Shown in pieces: positions 1-11,315 of a stretch of DNA of 64,000 nt. The position numbers and the translations under genes are program-made. Under the pieces are notes generated by a model that was not told where the DNA came from, searched no databases, and saw only the letters and a program-made list of their open reading frames with translations. Source of the DNA: Squalus acanthias (taxonomy: Eukaryota); the NCBI GenBank assembly GCA_030390025.1, contig CM059431.1, positions 140,742,001 through 140,806,000 on the forward strand. The letters are read 5' to 3'. The number at the start of each line of letters is the position of its first letter. The stretch's first letter is position 1.

Positions 1-845
1 TTAATAAACTTGCAGAATGAGCATATAATTGGTTAATGAAGTTCAACACAGATAAATGTGAGGTATTACATTTCGGTACGAAGATTAGGGAGGTCACTTA
101 TTACTTGGAGGGTGTGAGTCTAGGTCGGGTAGAGGACCAAATGGCAATTGGAGTATAAATACAAAAATATCAAAGTTGCGACACAGGTTAGCAAGGCCAT
201 AAAAAAAGCAAACCAAGCACTCGGGTTTATTTCTAGAGATATAGAATTGAAAAGTGGGAAAGTTATGCTAAACCTGTATCGAACCTTGTTTAGACCACAC
301 TTAGAGTACTGTATACAGTTCTGCTCACCATATTATAAAAAGGATATAGAGGCACTGGAGAAGGTGCAAAGATTTACAATTATGATATCAGAAATGTGAT
401 GTATACATATCAGGAAAGGATGAACAGGCTGGGTCTCTTTTCTCTTGTAGAAAGGCTGAAGGGTGACCTAACGGAGCTCTTTAAAATTTTGAAAAAATTT
501 GATACAGTGGATACAGAGAGAATGTTTCTACTAGTGGGGAAGAGCATAACTAGAGGCCATCAATTTAAGATAGACAGTCTTCAAGAAATATAACAGGGAA
601 TTCAGAAGAAACTTCTTTACCCAAAGAGTGGTGAGAATGTGGAACTCGCTACTACAGGGAGTGATTGAAGCGAATAGTATCGATGCATTTAAGGGGAGGC
701 TAGATAAGCATATGAGGGAGAGGGAATAGAGGGTTATGCTGATAGATTTAGATGAGGAAAGACCTGGGGAGGCTCGAGTGGAGCATAAATGCCGGCACAG
801 ACTTGAGCCTAATGGCCTGTTTCTGTGCCGTATATCCTATGTAAT
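1..845 (+). mobile_element. CR1 LINE, decayed 3' fragment (RT C-terminus and 3' UTR), truncated by the window edge
   Basis: ORFs 148-399 and 396-593 give KKANQALGFI...LYRTLFRPHLEYCIQF...RLGLFSL, typical of the CR1 ORF2 C-terminus. Frameshifts are present and a 3' tail (aatggcctgtttctgtgc) ends near 845. Confidence 0.9.
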
Positions 846-902
846 GGACAGTGTCAGACATCCATTTATTCTAAACACAATCTCACACAGTCTGGTACTT
901 AC

Positions 903-1073
903 CGCAGTTCCTGTATTTTACAGTCCGGGTTCCTCAGAGCCGCAGACAGTAGTTGCACTCCTGAATCTCCCAGTTTATTATTACCCAGGTCCAGAACTGT
1001 CAGTGATCGGTTTGTACTGAGAGCGGAGGCAAGTTCCTCAGCACAAGAAACTGTGAGACCATTTTCATCAAGA
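903..1073 (-). CDS. NLR gene, LRR exon (171 bp, two RI-type LRRs, phase 2-2)
   Basis: Acceptor ...tcatcctcag| at 1075-1074 and donor |gtaagt at 902-901. Translates [57 protein letters not shown]. 171 bp is the classic NLRP-type LRR exon size. Confidence 0.92.
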
Positions 1074-1241
1074 CTGAGGATGAGGGGGTGGGACAGAGAA
1101 AGAAATAACATCACGGTAAATACCCAATATTTATTAACACTATTACTTATAAGGTACAGTGCTTATTAGTAACACTATTACTGACACTAATAATAATGTA
1201 CAGTGTCAGACATCCAGTGATTATAAACACAATCTCACACA

Positions 1242-1907
1242 TAGAAAAATATAGAAACATAGAAGATAGGAGCAGGAGTAGGCCATTCGGCCCCTCGAAC
1301 CTGCTCCGCCATTCGATGAGATCATGGCTGATCATCCAAACTCAGTACCCTGTACCTGCCTTCTCCCCATATCCCTTGATACCTTTAGCTTTAAGAAATA
1401 TATCTAACTCATTCTTGAATATATTTAATGACTTGGCCTCAACTACCTTCTGTGGTAGAGAATTCCACAGGTTGACCACTCTCTGGGTGAAGAAATTCCT
1501 CCTCAACTCAGTCCTAAATGGCTTACCCGTTATCCTTAGATTATGACCCCTGGTTCTGGACTCTCCGACCATCGGGAACATTCTTCCTGCATCTAGTTTG
1601 TCCAGACCTGTCAGAATTTAATATGTTTCGATGAGATCCCCTCTCATTCTTCTAAACTCCAGCGAGTATAAGCCCAATCGACCCAATCTCTCCTCATATG
1701 TCATTCCTGCCATCACAGGTATCAGCCATGTGAATCTTCGCTGAACTCCTTCCCTGGCAAAAACAACCTTCCTCAGATAAGGCGACCAAAACTGCACACA
1801 GTACTCAAGGTGTGGTCTCACCAAGGCCCTGTACAACTGCAGCAGGACATCCCTGTTCCTATACTCAAACCCTCTCGCTATGAAGGCCAACATACCATTT
1901 GCCTTCT
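1242..1907 (-). mobile_element. CR1 LINE, 5'-truncated insertion with TCACACA target-site duplication
   Basis: ORFs 1618-1911 and 1342-1581 match the CR1 RT C-terminus, and the 3' tail is ctcctgctcctatcttctatgtttctat on the minus strand. TCACACA occurs at 1235-1241 and 1908-1914. Confidence 0.92.
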
Positions 1908-1927
1908 TCACACAGTCTGCTACTTAC

Positions 1928-2014
1928 CGCAGTTCCTGTATTTTACAGTCCGGATTCCTCAGAGCCGCAGACACTAGTTTCACTCCTGAATCTCCCAGTT
2001 CATTGCTCCTCAGT
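1928..2014 (-). CDS. NLR gene, first LRR exon (87 bp, phase 2-2)
   Basis: Acceptor ...tgtttgtgtttag| at 2016-2015 and donor |gtaagt at 1927-1926. Translates [29 protein letters not shown], in frame with both neighbouring exons. Confidence 0.9.
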
Positions 2015-2666
2015 CTAAACACAAACAGACAGAGAGTGAAAAACAAACTCAATCAAACACCGGATCTGTTACAATTTCTTTCTCTCGGATATTACAAGGA
2101 ACATTGAAAAAATTCAGGAAATTAATAACCCGGTTTTCCTGTCACTGACAATGAATCTCACTCTGTCCAACTGCCCATATATTCAGGGACTGTCAGTAAA
2201 TGTATTTATTAAATAAAGTGCTGTCTGCGTGAAGCCTTTAAATGTCCCTCAGTCCAGTCTCATTCCCGGATGATCTGAATTACCCTCCTGGAGCTCAGTG
2301 ACCGACCCCGTCATGTTTGGAGAAACCTGTCTCATTTCTGCTGCTCCTTAAATCACGGAGTTTATGGGAATAGGGCCATTTTCCACAAATTAAATGATAA
2401 AGCTGTGATTCCCTGTACTTTATACTCTGTACATTATATTAATCTATATAATATATCGGGGTGAGTTCTATTGAGAAACGGCGCTTACTGTTGCTGTAAA
2501 ATCGGTCCCCCAGGATTTTATGCAACACGGAGAATTTATTCTGTCCCGTTACAAGTTTTAAAATGTCCCTGTGCTCCTTGTTTATAGGGGAGGGGAGTCT
2601 CTCACTTTATTCCCCATTAAACTGGCTCTACATTTATTTCAGGTTTAACTGGACCAACACTTTTTA

Positions 2667-2734
2667 GGGAATTTTCGGAAGTTCCCTCCCCGAGCGGGTC
2701 CTCACACACAGGGGGCGGACTATAGGGAATCTCC
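2667..2734. promoter_or_regulatory. Candidate NF-kappaB site cluster with GC box in the NLR intron
   Basis: GGGAATTTTC 2667-2676 (near match), GGAAGTTCCC 2677-2686 (reverse complement GGGAACTTCC) and GGGAATCTCC 2725-2734, compared with GGGRNNYYCC. GGGGCGGA lies at 2712-2719. Confidence 0.35.
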
Positions 2735-2789
2735 GGGTTCACTGCCCCCGGTTTACCCAGGAGCCGGTCACTGTATGTTTTTCTTATAT

Positions 2790-2906
2790 TCGTTTATGGG
2801 ATGTGGGCATCACTGGCAAGGCCAGCATTTATTGCCCATTCCTCGTTGCCCTTGAGAAGGGGGTGGAGAGCCGCCTTCTTGAACTGCAGCAGTCCGTGTG
2901 GTGAGG
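2790..2906 (-). mobile_element. Short 3'-end fragment of a CR1/L2-group LINE
   Basis: Reverse complement matches the 3' end of the LINE at about 26265-26385 (cacacggactgcag..ttcaagaaggcggctc..ccttctcaagggcaa..gggcaataaatgctggccttgccag). Confidence 0.8.
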
Positions 2907-3337
2907 CCCCACCGCTGACCGATGTGTGTCTGTACTACGGGGCGAATACCCCACAACACGTTAGATTGGAACCTTTTCACAGTAGACTTAAGCTCCCAAA
3001 TGCCACTGAAATGTCGGTCTGGATTATGTCCGTGGGGCCTGTATCCACGACCTAGTGACTCAGAGATGCGAGGGCTGGGCGAAGAGTCTGTTTCAGTGAC
3101 CTGTATTTGCAGATCCGATAAAGACTATAAAATCCCTACTTGCTCACAAGGATCCATTTCAGATTCTCCAGTCCTTAGGGAATTACTGACAGATCCTCTT
3201 ATTATTGGTCATATTTGAGTTGAATCTGCTTCTCTCTGGTTTAACTAAACTGTTTGTTTCCCTTCATTACGGAGTAACAACACATTCTGTGACTGTTCTA
3301 CAATTCGCACAACAGTTAGAGACAAATAAACAGTTAC

Positions 3338-5111
3338 CTCAACACCCGGCATTTGTGCAGTACGGGTCCCAGCCGCTGGAGTCCTTCACACTGAATGGAG
3401 CAGTATTGTAGGTTGAGGTGTTTTATTGTATCACAGAGTCCAAGAACATGAGACAGGACCGCACAGTCAATCGGGGTCAGTACCAAAGCACTAAATATAA
3501 GTGATTCCACAGATCCCACTGTGGCCCGAGCCAGTGCTTTATTCTGAGACTCAAATAGGTAGTGGAATGTGTTCAGGAGGTTCCTTTGACCAGTTTCATT
3601 CTCTGTTTCTCCGATCTGTCCTTCAACCTTCTCCTTCACCCAGTCAATCACTCGGCAGGTAGTTTGATGAAGAAGTTGACCCAGAAACTCCTCCAGGGGC
3701 CTAGCTGCCTGTGGGGAGGAGAGACCAGCAACAAAACGGAGAAATATCACAAATCGCCCATCTTCCTTGCTGTGGGATTCTCTAAGGAGTTTCAGGATGT
3801 CCCCGAGATCTGGAGTCAGGAATTGTGCGAGAGCGGCTACAAACTCTTGGATGGTGAGGTGCGGGAATGTGTACACCACGCTCTGGGCAGAATCATCTCT
3901 CTCCAAAAGTTCCACCATGAACCCAGACAGGAACTGGGAAGGTTGCAAATTGTACTTGATCAAATCTGCATTTCTAAACACAATCTTCTTCTCGGAGACT
4001 CCTGTGAAGGCCATCTCACCAAGCTTCAGTAACACATCACGGGGGCTTTCAATCTCTCGGCCATGGTTTTTCAGAATGTTGTAAATATAATAGGAATATA
4101 GTTGGGTGATGGTCTTGGGAACTCGCTGCTGATTCCTGTTGCTTTGTGTAAAGAAGGGGCCGAGTGAGAGCCCGAGGATCCAGCAGTAGGAAGGGTTATA
4201 GCACATGGTGTACAGGATCTCGTTCTCCTCCACGTGTTTGAAAACAACTGCTGCCACCGTCTGATCTTCAAAAAACTTGTTGAAATATTCCTTCCGTTCT
4301 TCACCAACAAATCCCAGGATTTCAGCCCAGACACTGATCTCAGCCTTTTCCAATAAATGTAATGCAGTGGGGCGGCTGGTCACTAGCACTGAACATCCTG
4401 GGAGCAGTTTGTGCTGTATTAAACTGTACACAATGTCAGACACTTCACACCAGTCTTCAGGATCTGCGCACATGTGCTGAGGTTCTGTATTTCTCCGATT
4501 GTCAGCAAAATCAATCCTGTCATTGAATTCATCCAAACCATCGAATATAAACAGCAATCCCTCGGGGTTCTTCCAGAGCTCTCCCAGAATATTCCCAAAG
4601 TAAGGATACAGATCCAGTATCAGATTCCTCAGGTTTATTCTACAGTTAATAGTGTTCAAATCCCGGAATTTAAAGCTGAAAACAAATTGAAACTGTGGGT
4701 ATATTTTCCCAGTGGCCCAGTCATAAACAATCTTTTGTACCATTGTTGTTTTTCCAATCCCAGGGACTCCGCTCACTGCTGCTGAACTCCCAGAATTGGA
4801 TCGCCAGAATAAACTCTTCATTTTCTGCAGTAAACTGCCTATCCAGGAAAAACTGCTCTGGAACAATTGATCAGTTCGGATTTTCTCCAGTTCTCTCCGG
4901 AGATGTTTCTCTCTTGACTCTTCATGGTCTCGGCCTCTTGCCAAGAGTTCATGTTCTACAAGTGTCCGATCTCGAACAGTCGAAATGACCGTTAGCTCAG
5001 CGTATCGATCAATCAGGTGGAAAATCTTAACCTTCTCCTTTATTAGGATAGTGTTCACTCTCAGTGTTTCAGTTTGTATCCGGAGTGTTTCCTTGTGTTT
5101 CTGTTGAACAT
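3338..5111 (-). CDS. NLR gene, NACHT exon (1774 bp: pre-NACHT segment, NACHT, WHD, HD2, first LRR); NLRP3/NLRC3-like family member
   Basis: Contains ORF 3334-5058. Walker A GVPGIGKTT, Walker B LLFIFDGLDE, sensor-1 VLVTSR, CYNPSYCWI, YTFPHLTIQEFVAA, FLRFVAGL. Acceptor ctgttctaattgaag| at 5113-5112 (phase 1, DVQQKHKETLR...) and donor |gtaact at 3337-3336 (phase 2). Confidence 0.96.
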
Positions 5112-5374
5112 CTTCAATTAGAACAGACAGAAAGTGGTTTCAATGTTAATTGTATTGACATAAAAACATCTTGGAAATAACACTTTGTTATTCAGTAAAC
5201 TGTGACACGATTTAGTCCACAGCTTAATTACAGGCGTGTACAGAAAATTAAAACTAAGTGAATGAGAAATGTTTTTGATATTGTCTCGTCCCACTGTTAT
5301 TATCAGGTCCTGGGCATGTTATCCGGAGTATTGTGTGTGCTGGGAGATGGACAGACTGTGAATGGACAGAAGTG

Positions 5375-5907
5375 CTATTCGGCATCCTATTTGACCCTGA
5401 ACTGAGCTTCTGACCCATATCCTCGCCATCACCAAGAGTGCCCCATTCTATCTCTGCCATATCGCCCGTCTCCGCCCCTGCCTCAGCTCATCTGTTGGAG
5501 GAATCCTCATCCTTGCCTTTGTTACCTCCAGACACAACTATTCCAATGTTCTCCTTTGGGCCTCCCACCTTGCACTCAGCCAAAAACATGCTGTCCATAT
5601 CCTAACTCGCACCGAGTCCCTTTCACCCATCATCACTCTGCTCCCTGACCGACATTGGCTCCTGGTCCGGCAACATCTCAATTAAAAACTTCTCATACTT
5701 GTTTTCGAAACCTTCCATGTCCTCGCCCCTCCCTATGTCTGCAGCCTCCTCCAGCCCTACAACACTCGAGATCTCTGCTCTCCACCAAGTCTGGCCTCTT
5801 ACGCATCTCAGATTTTCATAACTACACCTTTGGTGCCCGTGCCTCTAGCTTTCCAGGATGTCAGCTCCCTCAAATGTCAATTCCCTCCCTCAACCTCACC
5901 ATCTCTA
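5375..5907 (+). mobile_element. L2 LINE, decayed 3' ORF2 fragment
   Basis: catatcgcccgtctccgcccctgcctcagctcatct...gcctttgttacctccagacacaactattccaat reads IARLRPCLSSS...AFVTSR.NYSN, the L2 RT C-terminal motif. Similar to 30185-30760 on the other strand. Confidence 0.8.
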
Positions 5908-5964
5908 GAGATTGTATCTCTGCAGACAAATTGCTCTCCGTGTATATATACTGTGTAATAGATT

Positions 5965-6025
5965 CCCTCAATGTACCTCTACTTGACGAACGGGCAGCAG
6001 CTCCGAAAGCTCGTAATTTTAAATA
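5965..6025 (+). ncRNA. Minimal hammerhead ribozyme motif in the 5' pseudo-LTR (core mutated, TTGACGA)
   Basis: ttgacga-a-cgggc-agca-gctcc-gaaa-gctc fits the CUGANGA / stem II / GAAA layout known for Penelope pLTRs, with a C>T change in the core. Confidence 0.65.
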
Positions 6026-6102
6026 AAACTGTTGGACTATAACCTGGTGTCGTGCGACTTCTCATTTTTGTCCACCCCGTCCAACACCGGCATCTCCGCA
6101 TC

Positions 6103-8780
6103 ATGACCACTATTGACACCACAAACTGCCGGCTCAAAGTGGAGAGAATCTCCAAGAAGTTCGCACATATCGACACAGACATCAAGTTTCTACAGAGATG
6201 CAAGAAAGCAGACAAGATTCCGAAAGGACTACAGATCACGAACCCACTCAAGTCGACATACAACACAGACTACGCTGAGAGACTTTGCCGTCGTACCTCT
6301 CGAACACTCCTCAACCATCTCGTACACCAGCTCTACAGCAGACGCTGCAACCTCGAAACCAAGATAGAGTCCATGCTCTCAGCCTGTGCTCAGGATACAG
6401 CAGACCAGCTACGAGACACCGCCAAACAGACGAGGCAACGGAACTACGCTTCCTACATGAGCATCAAAAACAGGAAGCTTGAGAAACCCGGCATCACCAT
6501 CAGCAGCAACCAAGCCTCCCCCGGTACCACGGTTGCAACCACAGGGAAGTCCATCGTCAACCTGTCGGACCACACTCTTCAACCAGACGAAATCGAAGTT
6601 CTCAGCCAAGGGCTCAATTTCTGCCCCAGCACCAAAATGGACCCAATCGGTCTTGCGGCAGACACAGAGTAATTCATCAGTAGAATGAGGATCCGGGAAT
6701 ACTACCACAAATCCCAAGATGTCAGCAACAAACCCAATGAGACAATCAATGATCCGGAACAGCAGACAGAGGGAACCGCAGTGCAGCAACCGAAGAAGAA
6801 AGAGTCAAATTGGACCCCTCCGGAGGGTCGCTGGGCTAAGCTTGAAATGTATGCTCAAGCTGTCAGAAGATGCATCAACGCCAGATTCATCAGCCGCACA
6901 CAAGACAGTCCAGAATGTCAGCCGAGCACAACGCAACGCCATCCATGCTCTCAAGACCAACCGCAACATTGTCATCAAACCAGCGTACAAAGGAGGAGCC
7001 ATCGTCATACAGAACAGAATGGACTATTGCAAAGAAGCATTCCGACAACTGGACAACCAGGAACACTACAGACAGTTACCCGCAGATCCGACCAAAGAAC
7101 ACACCCGCCAACTCAATAGACTGATCAAGGCCTTCGATCCAGACCTTCAAAACATCCTACGCGCTCTCATCCCACGTACTCCCCGCGTAGGAGACTTCTA
7201 CTGCATCCCAAAGATACACAAAGCCAACACACCCGGACGTCCTATCGTATGAGGCAACGGAACCCTGTGTGAGAACCTCTCTGGGTACGTCGAGGGCATC
7301 CTGAAACCCATCGTACAGGGAACCCCCAGCTTCTGTCGCGACACTACAGACTTCTTGCAGAAACTCAGCACCCATGGACCAGTTGAACCAGGAGCACTCC
7401 TCACCACGATGGATGTATCGGCACTCTACACCAATATCCCCCACGAGGACGGCATCGCTGCGACAGCCTCAGTGCTCAACACCAACAACAGCCAATCTCC
7501 AGACGCCATCCTACAACTCATCCGCTTCATCCTTGACCACAATGTCTTCACCTTCGACAACCAGTTTTTTACCCAAACACACGGAACAGCCATGGGGACC
7601 AAATTCGCATGCCAATACGCCAACTTCTTCATGCACAAGTTCGAGCAAGACTTCTTCGCTGCACAGGACCTCCAACCAACGCTGTACACCAGATACATCG
7701 ACGACATTTTCTTCCTTTCGACCCACGGCGAAGGATCACTGAAAGGACTACACGATAACATCAACAGGTTCCATCCCACCATCAAACTCACCATGGACTA
7801 CTCCTCAGAATCGGTTTCATTCTTGGACATACGAATCTCCATCAAAGACGGACACCTCAGCACTTCACTCTACCGCAAGCCCACGGACAACCTCACGATG
7901 CTCCACATCTCCAGCTTCCACCCTAACCACGTTAAAGAAGCCATCCCCCATGGACAAGCCCTGCGAATACACAGGATCTGCTCAGACGAGGAGGAACGCG
8001 ATGGACACCTACGGACGCAGAAAGACGCCCTCGTAAGAACGGGATATGACGCTCGACTCGTCAATCGACAGTTCCGACGGGCCACAGTGAAAAACCGCAT
8101 AGACCTCCTCAGAAGGCGAACATGGGACACAACCAACAGAGTACCCTACGTCGTACAGTACTTCCCCGGAGCAGAGAAACTACGCCATGTTCTTCGCAGC
8201 CTTCAACATGTCATCGATGACGACGAACACCTTGCTAAGGCCATCCCCATGCCTCCACTACTCGCCTTCAAGCAGCCGCCTAACCTCAAAAGTACCATAG
8301 TTCACAGCAAATTACCCAGCTGTCAGGAGAACAGCGACCAAGACACCACACAACCCTGCCACGGCAACCTCTGCAAGACAGGCCAGATCATCAACACAGA
8401 TACCAACATCACACGTGAGGACACTACCCACCAGGTACATGGTACATACTCATGTGACTCGGCCAACGTTGTCTACCTCATATGTTGCAGGAAAGGATGC
8501 CCTGGAGCATGGTACATCGGCGAGACCATGCAGACACTGAGACAACGTATGAACGGACACCTGCGCAACAATCGCCAGGCAGGATTGTTACGTCCCAGTC
8601 GGGCAACACTTCAGCAGTCAAGGACATTCAGCCTCGGATCCGCGGGTTAGCGTTCTCCAAGGTGGCCTTCAAGACACACGACAACGCAAAATCATCGAAC
8701 AGAAACTGATAGCCAAGTTCCGCACCCATGAGGACGGCCTCAATAGGGATTTCGGGTTCATGTCACGCTACAGAACGTGA
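6103..8780 (+). pseudogene. Penelope-like polyprotein (reverse transcriptase plus GIY-YIG endonuclease), disrupted
   Basis: ATG at 6103 (MTTIDTTNC...). Motifs IKPAYKGGAIVI, PKIHK..PGRPIV, MDVSALYTNIP, GTAMGT, RYIDDIF, FLD, LYRKPT, VVYLICC..WYIGET..LRQRMNGH. Stops at 6670-6672 and 7250-7252, frameshifts near 6900 and 8560, terminal TGA at 8778-8780. Confidence 0.92.
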
Positions 8781-8877
8781 CTCGACATCGTTGTCGGTCT
8801 TTCCAGTTTTAAAAAAAACACAAAAAAAACCAAAGAACCAAAAAAAAAGTTAAAAGCTGAACTGCAGATGGCAACAT

Positions 8878-11114
8878 AGGAACATAGAAAATAGGTGCAG
8901 GAGTAGACCATTCGGTTATTCGAGCCTGCACCGCCATTTAATGCGTTCATGGCTGAACATCCTACCTCAGTACCCCATTCCTGCTTTCTCGCCATACCCC
9001 TTGATCGCCCTAGTTGTGAGTATTATCTCTAACTCACTTTTGAATATATTTAGCGAACTGGCCTCAACAACCTTCTGTGGTAGAGAATTCCACAGATTCA
9101 CCACTCTCTGGATGAAGAAGTTCCTCCTCATCTCACTCTTAAATGGCTTCTCCTTTATCCTTAGACTGTGACCCCTGGTTTTAGTTTTCCCTAACATTGG
9201 AAACATTCTACCCGCATCTAATTTGTCTAAACCAGTCAGGATTTTAAACGTCTCTATAAGATTCCCCCCTCATTCTTCTGAACTCCAGAGGATGCAAGTT
9301 CAGTTGATCCAGTCTTTCTTGATATGTCAGTCTGGCCATCCCAGGAATCAATCTAGTGAACCTTCGTTGCACTCCCTCAATAGCAAGAATGTCCTTCCTC
9401 AAGTTAGGAGACCAAAACTGCACACAATACTCCAGGTGTGGCCTCACCAAGGCCCTGTACAGCTGTAGCATCACCTCTCTACTCCTGTACTCAAATCCCC
9501 TTGCTATGAAGGCCATCATGCCATTTGCTTTCTTGACTGCCTGCTGCACTTGCCTTCCCACCTTCAGTGACTGATGTACCATGACGCCCAGGTCTCGTTG
9601 CACCTCCCCTTTCCCTAATCTGCCACCATTCAAGTAATAGTCTGCCTCCCTATTTTTACCACCAAAGTGGATAACCTCACATTTATCCACATTGTACTTC
9701 ATCTGCCATACATTTGCCCATTCACCCAACCTGTCCAATTCACTCTGTAGCCTCCTAGCATCCTCCTCATTGTGCACACTGCCTCCCAATTTAGTGTCAT
9801 CCGCAAATTTGGAGATATTACAATTAATCCCTTCGTCCAAATCATGAATATATAATGTAAACAGCTGGGGCCCCAGCACCGAACCTTGCGGTACCCCGCT
9901 GGTCACTGCCTGCCATTCTGAAAAGTACCCATTTACTCCTACTCTTTGTTTCCTGTGTGCCAACCAGTTCTCAATCCACGTCAACACATTACCCCCAATG
10001 CCATGTGCTTTAACTTTGCACACCAATCTCTTGTGTGGGACCTTGTCGAAGGCCTTCTGAAAGTCCAAATACACCACATCTACTGGTTCCCCCCCGTCCA
10101 CCCTATTGGAAACATCCTCAAAAAATTCCAGAAGATTTGTCAAGCATGATTTCCCTTTCACAAATCCATGCTGACTTGGACCTATCATGTCGCCACTTTC
10201 CAAATGGTCTGTTATGACATCTTTAATAATTGATTCCATCATTTTAACCACCACCGATGTCAGGCTGACCGGTCTATAATTCCCTGCTTTCTCCCTCCCT
10301 CCTTTTTTAAAAAGAGGGGTTACATTAGCCACCCTCCAATCCTTCGGAACTGATCCAGAGTCTAAGGAATGTTGGAAAATGATCGTCAATGCATCCACTA
10401 TTTCCAAGGCCACCTCCTTAAGTACTCTGGGATGCAGACCATCAGGCCCTGGGGATTTATCAGCCTTCAGTCCCATCAATTTCCCCAACACCTTTTCCCC
10501 ACTGATAAGGATTTTCCTCAGCTCCTCCCTCTTACCAGATCATTTGATCTCTTTTATTTCCGAAAGGTTGTTTGTGTCCTCCACAGTAAACACCGAACCA
10601 AAGTACTTGTTCAATTGATCTGCCATTTCTTTGTTCCCCATTATGACTTCCCTGTTTCTGACTGCAGGGGACCTACGTTTGTTTTTAATAACCTCTTTCC
10701 TTTTACATATTTATAGAAGCTTTTGCAGTACGTTTTAATGTTCTCCGCAAGCTTCCTTTCATATTTTATTTTCCCTGCCCTAATCAAACCCTTCGTCCTC
10801 CTCTGCTGAGTTTTAAAGTTCTCCCAGTCCCCGGGTTTGCTGCTACTTCTGGCCAATTTGTATGCCACTTCCTTGCTTTTAATACTATCCCTGATTTCCC
10901 TTGTTAGCCATGGTTCAGCCAACTTCCCTTTTTTATTTTTACGCCAGACAGGGATGTACAATTGCTGTAGTTCATCCATGCGATCTCTAAATGTCCGCCA
11001 TTGCCCTTCCACTGATAACCCCTTAAATATCGCTTGCCAATCTAACCTCGCCAATTCACGCCTCATACCCTCAAAGTTGCCCTTATTTAAGTTCTGGACC
11101 ATGGTCTCTGAATT
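8878..11114 (-). mobile_element. CR1 LINE, 5'-truncated (~2.2 kb, RT domain), nested in the Penelope 3' region
   Basis: ORF 9244-10491 has [30 protein letters not shown] and KFADD. Further pieces at 10641-11147 and 8967-9206. A possible AACAT duplication lies at 8873-8877 and 11115-11119. Confidence 0.93.
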
Positions 11115-11257
11115 AACATTTGACACGTTGGACCCCCTGTGACCCACCTCATTGTCTTAGCTGTCCTCTGATGTGTCTTTGATGTAATGCCTTCCTAACA
11201 GATTGTATCTCTGTAGACAAATTGCTCTCTGTGTATATATACTGTGTAATAGATTCC

Positions 11258-11315
11258 CTCACTGTACCTCTACCTGGCGAAGGGGCAGCAGCTCCGAAAG
11301 CTCGTAATTTTAAAT
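11258..11315 (+). ncRNA. Minimal hammerhead ribozyme motif in the 3' pseudo-LTR (core mutated, CTGGCGA)
   Basis: ctggcga-a-ggggc-agca-gctcc-gaaa-gctc. Stem II GGGGC/GCTCC pairs with one G-U, and the core has an A>G change. Confidence 0.65.

Noticed and set aside
3562..4988. Plus-strand and alternative-frame ORFs overlapping the NACHT exon
   Set aside because: They are shadow ORFs of a real coding exon with no recognisable motifs.
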